This document shows positions 1 to 7,703 of a stretch of 15,095 bases of DNA, piece by piece. Position 1 is the first letter of the stretch. Each line of letters opens with the position of its first letter. The DNA comes from Polyangiales bacterium (GTDB taxonomy: Bacteria; Myxococcota_A; Polyangia; Polyangiales; Houyiibacteriaceae): NCBI GenBank assembly GCA_045106895.1, contig JBGCFM010000031.1:1-15095 (forward strand), read 5' to 3'. The translations under genes and the position numbers were made by a program. The notes below the pieces were generated by a model. It had not been told where the DNA came from and made no database searches. It saw only the letters and a list, made by a program, of their open reading frames with translations.

Positions 1-123
1 GTCGCGTATGACCTCCTCCTCCGGCTTGCGATCGAAGCCGTCGAAGAGCTTTTCGACATAGCTCTCCGCCTGAACGAATGGACCCTCGAGACCCTCGGGT
101 ACTCGAACACTCTTCAACGCCAT
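1..123 (-). CDS. 5' part of a gene running off the left edge; N-terminus resembles V4R (XylR_N/4-vinyl-reductase) sensory proteins, possibly a sensor kinase
   Basis: Not in the ORF track. ATG at 123-121 with GGGGG upstream (CCAGGGGGTAACA-ATG); open to the edge: MALKSVRVPEGLEGPFVQAESYVEKLFDGFDRKPEEEVIRD. The 'V.VP....PF..AE.YV...F' pattern recalls the N-terminus of V4R-domain sensors, but only 41 aa are visible, so the product call is tentative. Confidence 0.55.
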   Translation of the reverse strand, partial: MALKSVRVPEGLEGPFVQAESYVEKLFDGFDRKPEEEVIRD

Positions 124-243
124 TGTTACCCCCCTGGTGTGGACTGAGGTACCACAGCAAAGAGCCTCTTCGGCTTCAGGCGAACTAGCTAGCGTGCCGC
201 CCACCGCTGACGGGCATCAGCTGCAGGGCGCGCGGAAGCCAGG

Positions 244-255
244 TACTCTTCATCC
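244..255 (+). promoter_or_regulatory. Putative -10 element (TACTCT) 6 nt before the ATG at 256; likely leaderless promoter
   Basis: TACTCT at 244-249, then TCATCC, then ATG; no Shine-Dalgarno-like purine run. No convincing -35. Confidence 0.45.
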
Positions 256-1245
256 ATGCTCCGACCATCCACGGCAATCGCTGCCCTAAGTCTTGCCCTC
301 TGCGCGTGCGCGCCCGAAACCGTGGTCCGAGACCTGGACGCCGAGACGTCAGACGCCGGCTCCGGCGACGCGGCTATCGGCGACGATGCATTCGTCCAGG
401 CCGACGCCCGCATGTTCGATGCAGGCAGCATGGGCGTCGACGCGGCGCTCATGGACTCAGGGCGCGTGGACTCAAACATTGCGCGCCCGGACACAGGCCC
501 GGACGCCGGTCGCGATTCAGGCACCGACGCCGGCCCCGCGCCCGTCGGCGCCTCCTGTACACATTCGACGGGCGGCGGCGTCTACGCGCACACCGCATGC
601 TCCACGGGGTTTCAGTGTTGCGACGGGACCTGGCGCACGCGCGAGATGGGCTGCGCGGCTTGCCTCTGTGTCGAGCCCACCGGCGCCGCTGGGTGCGGCA
701 CCACGACGATGCCGCCCACTGGCGTGCACGCGGGGCTCTCACAAAACGGTTCGCAGATCCCGCGCGCTGGACTCGAAAACTCGACCGGCGGCGTTGGCCT
801 AGAAACCGAAGGCGACGTCGTCACCATCGACGGCCAGCAGTGGGTCCGCGGAACCATCAGTAACTTCGGCGGCCCGAATGACACCGGAGTGACAACGACG
901 GAGACCGGTGCCATCACCGGTGAACGCCTCCGCAGCCTAAACACGCCCATGGATGCGAGCCGAGCGGTCATCGAATCACGGCCCGAAGACTTCTACTACG
1001 CGGCGATGCGCTGGAGCTACTCGCCTGGCAACCGTACGTTCTGGCGGGACGCGCGCATCTTGATTCGAAACCCGGCCACCGGCGCCCAGGTCGTCGTCCG
1101 CCCCGTCGACTGGGGTCCGCATATTCGCACGGGTCGTATCATCGACGTAGCACCGCAGACCGAGGATGACCTCGGGGCCAGCACGGATGATAACGTCGAC
1201 GTTGCCTTCGCGGCGCCCGGCACGCCCCTGGGCCCTGTTCTCTAG
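256..1245 (+). CDS. Lipoprotein: DAG-repeat linker, 8-Cys module and C-terminal RlpA-like double-psi beta-barrel (putative lytic transglycosylase or glycan-active domain)
   Basis: Signal peptide with lipobox (LALCA-C18). The C-terminal IRNPATGAQVVVRPVDWGPHIRTGRIIDVAPQTEDDLG parallels the RlpA pattern VTN..NG.SV.VRINDRGPF..GRIIDLS..AA..LG; ISNFGG, TGAITGE and YAAMRW parallel ASWYG, TASGE and TAAH. No SPOR domain. Confidence 0.8.
   Translation: MLRPSTAIAALSLALCACAPETVVRDLDAETSDAGSGDAAIGDDAFVQADARMFDAGSMGVDAALMDSGRVDSNIARPDTGPDAGRDSGTDAGPAPVGASCTHSTGGGVYAHTACSTGFQCCDGTWRTREMGCAACLCVEPTGAAGCGTTTMPPTGVHAGLSQNGSQIPRAGLENSTGGVGLETEGDVVTIDGQQWVRGTISNFGGPNDTGVTTTETGAITGERLRSLNTPMDASRAVIESRPEDFYYAAMRWSYSPGNRTFWRDARILIRNPATGAQVVVRPVDWGPHIRTGRIIDVAPQTEDDLGASTDDNVDVAFAAPGTPLGPVL
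337..540 (+). repeat. Degenerate D-[A/S/T]-G type peptide repeats forming a low-complexity linker after the lipid anchor
   Basis: DAETS, DAGSG, DAAIG, DARMF, DAGSM, DAALM, DSGRV, DSNIA, DTGP, DAGR, DSGT, DAGP; a style of linker common in myxobacterial lipoproteins. Confidence 0.65.
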
Positions 1246-1260
1246 TCGAATCGCCCTAAC

Positions 1261-1298
1261 GCAAAATGGCCGGGAGCGCGTAGCGCTCGCCGACCATT
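1261..1298 (-). terminator. Intrinsic terminator hairpin between the convergent lipoprotein and lon genes, best fit on the lon strand
   Basis: AATGG-C-CGG-GAGCGC-gta-GCGCTC-G-CCG-A-CCATT at 1265-1298. On the minus strand the C/A mismatch becomes G-U and the stem runs into UUUU (complement of AAAA at 1263-1266). Confidence 0.65.
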
Positions 1299-1316
1299 CC
1301 GCTTGTCTCCTCGCCC

Positions 1317-3707
1317 CTATGCGACGGGCGCTGCGCCCTCGTTGCCGCCGATATTGCCGAGCGGAGCGTGCACCCCCCCTGGTCCTTCGACTTCTTCGAG
1401 GGCGACTTCGATGACCTCGCTCATTCGATCGACGAGGACAAACTCCAGCTCGTCGCGAACGCTCTCGGGCACATCGTCCAGGTCCACGCCGTTCCGCTTC
1501 GGCAACACGATGCGGGTGAAGCCGGCTCTGTGGGCGGCGAGGACCTTCTCCTTGATGCCACCGACAGGTAGCACGCGTCCGCGGAGCGTCGCCTCGCCGG
1601 TCATCGCCGTGTTTGGGCAAACGCGACGACCCGTGAGGAGCGATGCGAACGCCGTGTACATGGTGACGCCGGCCGATGGGCCGTCCTTCGGCGTCGCGCC
1701 TGCGGGAACGTGCACGTGCAGGTCCCACTCCTCCAGGAACGTCGGCTCGATGTCGAGTTCCGCCGCGTGCGTCCGCAAGTAGGCCAAAGCAGCTCGCGCC
1801 GATTCCGTCATGACATCGCCGAGCTGCCCGGTGATCTCGAGCTTGCCTTTTCCGGGCATGCGCGTGGTCTCGACGTAGAGCACGTCGCCACCCACCGGTG
1901 TCCATGCGAGGCCCGCGGCGACGCCTGGCATGCGCTCCTTGTCCGCCGGGTCGAGGAAGAAGCGAGGCTTGCCGAGCGCTTCACGAACGAAAGCTTCGTC
2001 GATGGCGACGCTGTCCTCACCTTCGCTTCCCCGGGCCACGCGGAGAGCGACGCGCCGTAGAACCTTCGCGATCTGCTGCTTCAGGCGCCGGACCCCAGAC
2101 TCACGCGTGTAGTCCTTTACGATGATGCTGAGCGTCTCTTCGTCGATGCTCACCTGCTCTTCGTTCAAGCCGTGCCGCTCGATCTGCTCGCCGAAGAGAT
2201 GACGCGCCGCAATCTGTACCTTCTCGTCAATGGTGTAACCGCTCACCTCGAGAATCTCGAGTCGGTCTCGCAGTGGCAAAGACATCTTCGAGAGGTCGTT
2301 GGCCGTCGCGATGAAGAGCGCTTCGCTCAGATCGAAGGGCGTGTCCACGTAGTGGTCCTGAAACCGCTCGTTCTGCTCCGGGTCGAGGAGCTCAAGAAGC
2401 GCGGCCTGAGGGTCGCCGGACCAGCCGCCGGAGGTGACCTTGTCGACCTCATCGAGGACGATGACCGGGTTCTTCACCTTGGCCTTTCGAAGCGCCGTCA
2501 TGATGCGACCGGGCATCGCGCCAATATACGTGCGTCGATGTCCACGAATCTCCGCTTCGTCGCGAACGCCGCCAAGGCTGACTCGAACAAGCGGACGGCC
2601 CGTCGCATCCGCCACGCTCTGCGCCAGGCTCGTCTTGCCAACGCCTGGAGGTCCAAGAAGACAAAGCACGGTGCCACGCGCTTCCGGCGCCAGCTGGAGG
2701 ACAGCCATGTGCTCCAAGATACGCTGCTTCACGTCACCCATCGCGTAGTGGTCACGGTCGAGGGCCGCGGAGAGCTCGTCGAGATCCACCACCGCTTCTG
2801 CGCGCGCTTCCCACGGGAGGGCCGTCAGCGTCTCCAAGTAGGTGCGAATAACATTCGCCTCCGGCGCCTGCGCGGGCATACCCCGAAGTCGCCTCAGCTC
2901 ACGGTCCGCCTGCTCCTTTGCCTCTTCCGGCATACCCGCCGCTTCAATGGCTCGCGCGAGGACCTCGTTGGGGTCTTCATCGTCTCCATCGAGCTGCCCG
3001 AGCTCCTTCTGAATGGCGCGCATCTGTCCGCGAAGCACCTGCTCACGTTGCGCCTTTGACATCTCACGACGCACCTCGGAGTCCACGCGCGAACGCAGCT
3101 CGGCTCGGCTCTTTGCTTCCGAGACCATGCGCGCAACGAGGCGCAAGCGCTCAGTGACGCTCACTTCGTGAAGGACCTCCAGCTTCTGTTCCTGGGGAGC
3201 TTCGACCCACGCCGTCACCCTGTCCGCCACAAAGGTGGGCTGAGCGTTTTCCAGCGCCGCGGCGAGAGCCTTGTCGACGCCAAGCTTCGCGACGCGCGCA
3301 CGCAGCGAGTCCGCGAGGGCCTTCGTTTCGTCCGTCTCCGGGTCCACGTCGGCGATGAGCGACACACGCGCCCGAATGAACGGCGTCTGTGCAACGAGCT
3401 CTTCGAGTCGCACGCGATGCTTGCCTTCAACGACGAGAAAGAAGCCGCGCCGCGGTGTGTTTGTCACCCCGCGAACGACAGCCACGACGGCGACGCTGTG
3501 CATGTCCGCGAGCGCTGGCGCTTCTACCTCGGGCGCGTGCTGAACCGCGATGACGATTTCATCGCCGACTTTGAGCGATCGGCCAAGGGCCAAAGAACGC
3601 GAGCGCCCAATGGGGAGTGTCGTCTTGCGACCTGGGAGAACCAGGCCCTTACGCAGGGGAAGGAGGGGGAGGTCTTGGAGAGAACTGCCGTCAAATGACT
3701 GGGTCAT
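1317..3707 (-). CDS. lon: ATP-dependent protease La (LonA family)
   Basis: N-terminal LPLLPLR..LVLPG; Walker A GPPGVGKTS; LGGVRDEAEIRGHRRTYIGAMPGRI; Walker B IVLDEVDK; catalytic Ser in PKDGPSAG and Lys in GGIKEKVLAA; 796 aa. Confidence 0.97.
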   Translation of the reverse strand: MTQSFDGSSLQDLPLLPLRKGLVLPGRKTTLPIGRSRSLALGRSLKVGDEIVIAVQHAPEVEAPALADMHSVAVVAVVRGVTNTPRRGFFLVVEGKHRVRLEELVAQTPFIRARVSLIADVDPETDETKALADSLRARVAKLGVDKALAAALENAQPTFVADRVTAWVEAPQEQKLEVLHEVSVTERLRLVARMVSEAKSRAELRSRVDSEVRREMSKAQREQVLRGQMRAIQKELGQLDGDDEDPNEVLARAIEAAGMPEEAKEQADRELRRLRGMPAQAPEANVIRTYLETLTALPWEARAEAVVDLDELSAALDRDHYAMGDVKQRILEHMAVLQLAPEARGTVLCLLGPPGVGKTSLAQSVADATGRPLVRVSLGGVRDEAEIRGHRRTYIGAMPGRIMTALRKAKVKNPVIVLDEVDKVTSGGWSGDPQAALLELLDPEQNERFQDHYVDTPFDLSEALFIATANDLSKMSLPLRDRLEILEVSGYTIDEKVQIAARHLFGEQIERHGLNEEQVSIDEETLSIIVKDYTRESGVRRLKQQIAKVLRRVALRVARGSEGEDSVAIDEAFVREALGKPRFFLDPADKERMPGVAAGLAWTPVGGDVLYVETTRMPGKGKLEITGQLGDVMTESARAALAYLRTHAAELDIEPTFLEEWDLHVHVPAGATPKDGPSAGVTMYTAFASLLTGRRVCPNTAMTGEATLRGRVLPVGGIKEKVLAAHRAGFTRIVLPKRNGVDLDDVPESVRDELEFVLVDRMSEVIEVALEEVEGPGGVHAPLGNIGGNEGAAPVA

Positions 3708-3764
3708 TCACCGAAGCTAAGTTCGCTTAAAATTAGGTCAACGGCTTGACGCCACATTGATGTG
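3708..3764 (-). promoter_or_regulatory. sigma70-type promoter of lon (probably leaderless) with overlapping palindromes
   Basis: Minus strand: TTGACC (3741-3736), 16-nt AT-rich spacer, TAGCTT (3719-3714), 6 nt, ATG; no SD. Dyads GTCAA-N4-TTGAC (3737-3750) and CACAT-N2-ATGTG (3753-3764). Confidence 0.6.
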
Positions 3765-3780
3765 ACGCGTCGGCCTGCTC

Positions 3781-4596
3781 TCACGTGTTTTTGCGCGCGA
3801 AAACAGACCACGCGCAAAGCAAAGGCGTCGCCGATGCATCGAGCCTCAGCGCCGCATGGGGGTCGCCGCGGGTCTCGCCAAGATTTAGAATCGCCACATC
3901 GAGTCCACGCTCCGCTGCGCCACGTACAAAACGGTAGCCGGAGTACACCGTCAGTGAAGAGCCCACCACCAAGATGGCGTCCGCTTCCTCAAAGATCGCC
4001 CAGGCGTTCTCCACGCGGGCTTTCGGAACGCTCTCTCCGAAGAAAACCACGTGCGGCTTCAGAGGCCCACGGCATCGGTCGCAGTCGACGACACGAAACG
4101 AGCGCGTGCCTTCCACTTCTGCGTCTCCGTCCGGCGCCTGCTCCGCATCCTCACGTGTCCACCCTGGATTGAGCTGCTCGAGGCGCGCGTGAAGCGCGTG
4201 CCGCGGCGAGACATTAGCGCACTCCATGCAGACAACTTCCGCGAGAGCCCCATGAAGCTCCACGATACGCTCGCTGCCCGCCGCGTGGTGTAGGCGGTCC
4301 ACGTTCTGTGTCACCACACCTGTGATGCTTCCAAGCGCTTCCAGTTCCGCCAATGCGCGATGACCATCGTTGGGCGCGGCCTTCGAGAAGCGTCGCCACC
4401 CCACCGTCGCCCGCGCCCAGTAGCGCTGGCGTGCGGAGGCGTCTTTGATGAACTCGCGATACTGGATGGGGTTCCGCGCGCGCCGTTTCGTCTCGGGGCC
4501 ACGGTAGTCAGGGATCCCTGAGTCCGTGGAGAGCCCCGCGCCGGTCAGCACGCCGAGGCGTCTCCCGTCGGCAAATCGAATGAGGTCGTCAGGCAC
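3781..4596 (-). CDS. NAD-dependent protein deacylase, Sir2 family, class II (SIRT4-like)
   Basis: [22 protein letters not shown] (class II hallmark), TQNVDRLH, catalytic ELHG, zinc ligands CMEC...[36 protein letters not shown] start. Confidence 0.95.
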   Translation of the reverse strand: MPDDLIRFADGRRLGVLTGAGLSTDSGIPDYRGPETKRRARNPIQYREFIKDASARQRYWARATVGWRRFSKAAPNDGHRALAELEALGSITGVVTQNVDRLHHAAGSERIVELHGALAEVVCMECANVSPRHALHARLEQLNPGWTREDAEQAPDGDAEVEGTRSFRVVDCDRCRGPLKPHVVFFGESVPKARVENAWAIFEEADAILVVGSSLTVYSGYRFVRGAAERGLDVAILNLGETRGDPHAALRLDASATPLLCAWSVFARKNT

Positions 4597-4630
4597 TACG
4601 CGACTCTAGAGTCAGAGCGCTCAGCCTCAA
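4597..4630 (-). promoter_or_regulatory. Putative internal leaderless promoter of the sirtuin gene, overlapped by a perfect 12-bp palindrome
   Basis: Minus strand: TTGAGG (4630-4625), 16 nt, TAGAGT (4608-4603), 6 nt, GTG; no SD. GACTCTAGAGTC (4602-4613) is its own reverse complement. Confidence 0.45.
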
Positions 4631-5235
4631 GGGTCGCCGTAAGCATCCTTGTAGTCGGCGATGGACGCCTCGATGACCGCCGCGGCGTGCTTGCGCCCGT
4701 ACGTGGGGCGAATTTCGACGTCCGTGGGTTTTCCGCTCTCGAGCTTGTACGTCGAGAAGTAGTGCCGAACGCGCTCAAGGTGCAGCGACGGGACGTCGGT
4801 GATCTCGCGGACGTCCTTGTAGAGGTAGTCGCTGTCGAGGACCGCGATGATCTTGTCGTCCGCCTCGCCACCATCGACCATCGGCAAACCGCCGACAACA
4901 CGTGCGTTCAAGATGAGGTCGCGTTGGTTGATGGGGCGGTCGCTCAGAACGCAGATATCGAGGGGGTCTCCGTCGCCCTTCGGAACGCCCATGAGCTTTG
5001 CAACGCGGTCCGCGCAATACGTCCGCGGGATGAACCCGTAGAGCATCGGTGGCTGCGAAGAGGTTCGCTGGGGTCGGTCCACGCGAAGGTAGCCCGACTC
5101 CTTGTCGACCTCGTACTTCACCATGTCGAAGGGGGTGATCTCGATATACGCGGTCACCACGTCGGGAACTGAAGGCCCAACATCGAGGCCATGCCACGGA
5201 TGCGGACGCCAGCGAAGAAATCGATCGTCGTTCAT
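4627..5235 (-). CDS. ppa: Inorganic pyrophosphatase, family I
   Basis: HPWHG, IEI...VKYEVDK, VDR, YGFIPRT, signature [29 protein letters not shown] overlap with the upstream M14 gene. Confidence 0.96.
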   Translation of the reverse strand: MNDDRFLRWRPHPWHGLDVGPSVPDVVTAYIEITPFDMVKYEVDKESGYLRVDRPQRTSSQPPMLYGFIPRTYCADRVAKLMGVPKGDGDPLDICVLSDRPINQRDLILNARVVGGLPMVDGGEADDKIIAVLDSDYLYKDVREITDVPSLHLERVRHYFSTYKLESGKPTDVEIRPTYGRKHAAAVIEASIADYKDAYGDP

Positions 5236-6917
5236 GAGAGCACCAGTTCTTCCTCAACAAATCCTGTACGCGACGAGCCAAATCGAACGCGGACCTTGCC
5301 ACTACCCTTCACGACGGCGCTGACCTGTCGCATGTGCGCGCTGCCCTGACTCCTCTGAAAGAAGAGCCCACCGAAGCCCGAATGGCGGCCGTGGCCCCAT
5401 CCACGCAGATGGCCGAGCTGCACCTTCGAGTCGCCGGCGGCCACTTCCGCGGCGTCGGCCTCCACGTGCACGTAGAGTTCCTCGTTGAAGGGACGCCCCA
5501 TCGCAACATCGACGCCGTTGGTGGGCATGTAGCCTTCGTTGACGAGCTGAGCGGAGATACGAAAGGTGTCGCCGCCGAGGGGCTCAACCTTCGTGTCGCG
5601 AATGCGAAGCTTCGGAACCATCGCGCAGGCACGCAAGAAGAGCGCGGCCTGGCCGTCGCAGATCTTTTCGAGTTCGTCCGGCGGTGGGTTCCAGATTCCG
5701 TAGCGCGGGTCCAGGCCCCCAACCTCCGCAGCCCCCAATTGTGGATGCTCCACGGCGACCCAGGGCTGAAAGAGGCGCTTGTCATTGCGCTTCGCGTCCC
5801 AGTCGTAGAGCGCTTCGAAGTCCTTGCGTTCCATCGTTGTGTAGCGCTCCACGAAGCGCGCTGGTCGCTCGAGGCCGAGCTGCTCAAAGATGTCCCAAAG
5901 CTCGCACACCCACGAAAGGCAGCCGCGCTGGTGGTAGGCGTAGTCCAGGAGGTCGCCATGAAGTGCTTTTCCTTCTTCGTAGGTGAACTCCTCGAAACCG
6001 CTAACCATGGGGTAGCCGGTGTGCTCTTCGGCCCACTCTTCAAGCTGCTTGAAGAGCGCTAGGTCGTAGGGCTCCATCTTGGTGTCGCGCGCGCCGCCGA
6101 GGGGACGAATGTGCACTCCGCCAAAGCAGTGGAAGTTCAGCCACACGTACAGATGGGGACGCGCGCTCGTATACTCCACCACAGCGCGGCTCTCCGGAGC
6201 GCTGAGCGCGTAGCTGCCAGCACCGACTTGGTCCGGTTCTGGCGCCCAGTGGTACGGAAAGTTCCGGTTGAGATCCGTGTCGTTGTCCGAAAGGAAGTTC
6301 GGCGATGGAATCTCCACGCCGTCGTACCCTTCGATGGTCCCCTCGGGGTAGAGCTTGTAAAAGGGCCCGGTATCTTCGAGGGTTCGGATGACCATCAGTC
6401 CACGCCGCGACGCGGACTCGACGAACTCGCCCCCGGGGTCTTCCACCCGCATCAATAGGGCGCGACCGTCGCCGTCGAGGTCGGACGAGACCCATCGCGC
6501 GAGTTCCTTCGCGCTACGATCATCGCGAGGAACACTTCGCACATAGCGCGCCTCTTCGAGCACCACTTCGGCGCCGTCCGGCGACATGCGCGGCATGATG
6601 TACACGAGCATGTCGGAGACGGTCTGAGCCATCGGCGCCGGCAGCTTCGAGCGCCCGGAGTGAAGCGCGATGAGGTCCTCGGCGATGGCGAGGCACACGT
6701 TCGTTCCGGCAAGCTCTGACGCGTGCATATTGCCGTCGACCCAAGCCGCTGGTCGAGGGCGAGAAGGTTCGCGCCCTACGACGAGGACCCAGAGTTCTCG
6801 GCCGTCGCCGCTCTTCCCCGCAGACTCCAGCTTCACAAAGTCCGGGTGTTCCGCCGCCCACTCTTCGAGCTGGGCCGTCAGGGCGTCGTAGCCGATCAGT
6901 TCTCGTCGAAAGCTCAT
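5232..6917 (-). CDS. M14 family zinc metallocarboxypeptidase, probably cytoplasmic, with C-terminal beta-sandwich extension
   Basis: GKS.DGREL; zinc motif DGNMHASE (HxxE); [22 protein letters not shown]; third ligand in LNFHCFGG; G...DYAY; ELW. No signal peptide. GAGG SD upstream. Confidence 0.92.
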   Translation of the reverse strand: MSFRRELIGYDALTAQLEEWAAEHPDFVKLESAGKSGDGRELWVLVVGREPSRPRPAAWVDGNMHASELAGTNVCLAIAEDLIALHSGRSKLPAPMAQTVSDMLVYIMPRMSPDGAEVVLEEARYVRSVPRDDRSAKELARWVSSDLDGDGRALLMRVEDPGGEFVESASRRGLMVIRTLEDTGPFYKLYPEGTIEGYDGVEIPSPNFLSDNDTDLNRNFPYHWAPEPDQVGAGSYALSAPESRAVVEYTSARPHLYVWLNFHCFGGVHIRPLGGARDTKMEPYDLALFKQLEEWAEEHTGYPMVSGFEEFTYEEGKALHGDLLDYAYHQRGCLSWVCELWDIFEQLGLERPARFVERYTTMERKDFEALYDWDAKRNDKRLFQPWVAVEHPQLGAAEVGGLDPRYGIWNPPPDELEKICDGQAALFLRACAMVPKLRIRDTKVEPLGGDTFRISAQLVNEGYMPTNGVDVAMGRPFNEELYVHVEADAAEVAAGDSKVQLGHLRGWGHGRHSGFGGLFFQRSQGSAHMRQVSAVVKGSGKVRVRFGSSRTGFVEEELVLS

Positions 6918-6932
6918 ATCGAATCGGCCTCG

Positions 6933-7607
6933 TTAGTTCAGGTTCTCGCCGAAGAAAGTAAGAGTGCGCTCCCAGGCGCTCTTCGCCGACGCCGCGTCAT
7001 AAGCGCCCTCACGGGTGTCGTTGAAGAACGCATGACCCGCGTCGTAGAAGTGCGCGTCGACGGGGACGCCGGCGTCTTTCATCTCCGCGACGAGCGCCTC
7101 GGCATCCGCCGTCGGCACAAAGCCATCACTCTTGCCGAAGTGGCACTGAACGCTCGCCTTCATCTTGGAGAAGTCAGGCTTCACATCCGGATGCACGCCG
7201 TAGAAGTTCGCGATGGCGTGGATCGATGCATGACCGCCGCCGGCGAAGAGCGCGAGCTTTCCGCCCATGCAGAACCCGACGGCGCCAACCTTGTCGCTGG
7301 TGACAGCGTCGTGGCCGACGAGGAAGTCGACGGCGCCTTGAAGGTCACGGCCAGCGCGGGTGATGTCGAGGCCCATCATCTCTTTGCCAGCGACGTCGGG
7401 GTCCGTCGTGGACTTGCCGTGGTAGAGGTCCGGCGCGAGAGCCACATAACCCTGAGCAGCGAGGCGGTCGGCGACATCTTTGATGTGGTCCACGAGCCCC
7501 CACCATTCCTGGAGGACCAAAACCGCCGCGCCTTTGCCACTCTCCGGCAAGGCCAAGTAGCCCGCGGACTCCGCGCCGTTCATCGAAAACTCAACCATTT
7601 CGCCCAT
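6933..7607 (-). CDS. Dienelactone hydrolase family protein (carboxymethylenebutenolidase-like); start revised to 7607 (224 aa)
   Basis: LQEWWGL, ALAPDLY, nucleophile elbow GFCMGG, Asp in KSDGFVP, His in AGHAFFND. AGGAGG SD precedes ATG 7607 (MGEMVEF); the 27-codon extension in the ORF track is non-homologous-looking. Confidence 0.92.
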   Translation of the reverse strand: MGEMVEFSMNGAESAGYLALPESGKGAAVLVLQEWWGLVDHIKDVADRLAAQGYVALAPDLYHGKSTTDPDVAGKEMMGLDITRAGRDLQGAVDFLVGHDAVTSDKVGAVGFCMGGKLALFAGGGHASIHAIANFYGVHPDVKPDFSKMKASVQCHFGKSDGFVPTADAEALVAEMKDAGVPVDAHFYDAGHAFFNDTREGAYDAASAKSAWERTLTFFGENLN

Positions 7608-7703
7608 GCTCGTCTTCCTCCTGGCGGGAAGGTAGCAGGGTGGCCCGTCGCTGGGCGGTCGATTTCTCCCGTCGACGTTTGCCGTCAAAGAGCGGCCCGG
7701 TTT

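Noticed and set aside
1317..3707. Lon as a BREX BrxL or other defence-associated protease
   Set aside because: Canonical LonA domain order and motifs; no brx/pgl genes in the window.
3746..3780. Plus-strand TTGACG as an antisense promoter into the sirtuin gene
   Set aside because: No -10-like hexamer at 16-18 nt spacing.
3781..4596. Sir2 protein as an anti-phage NADase (Thoeris/DSR/Sir2-HerA type)
   Set aside because: It has the zinc-binding Cys pairs and class II deacylase motifs, is stand-alone in size and has no defence partners nearby.
7608..7688. N-terminal extension of the dienelactone hydrolase in the ORF track
   Set aside because: A strong SD precedes ATG 7607; the region looks intergenic and contains an extended -10-like TGCTACCTT on the minus strand.
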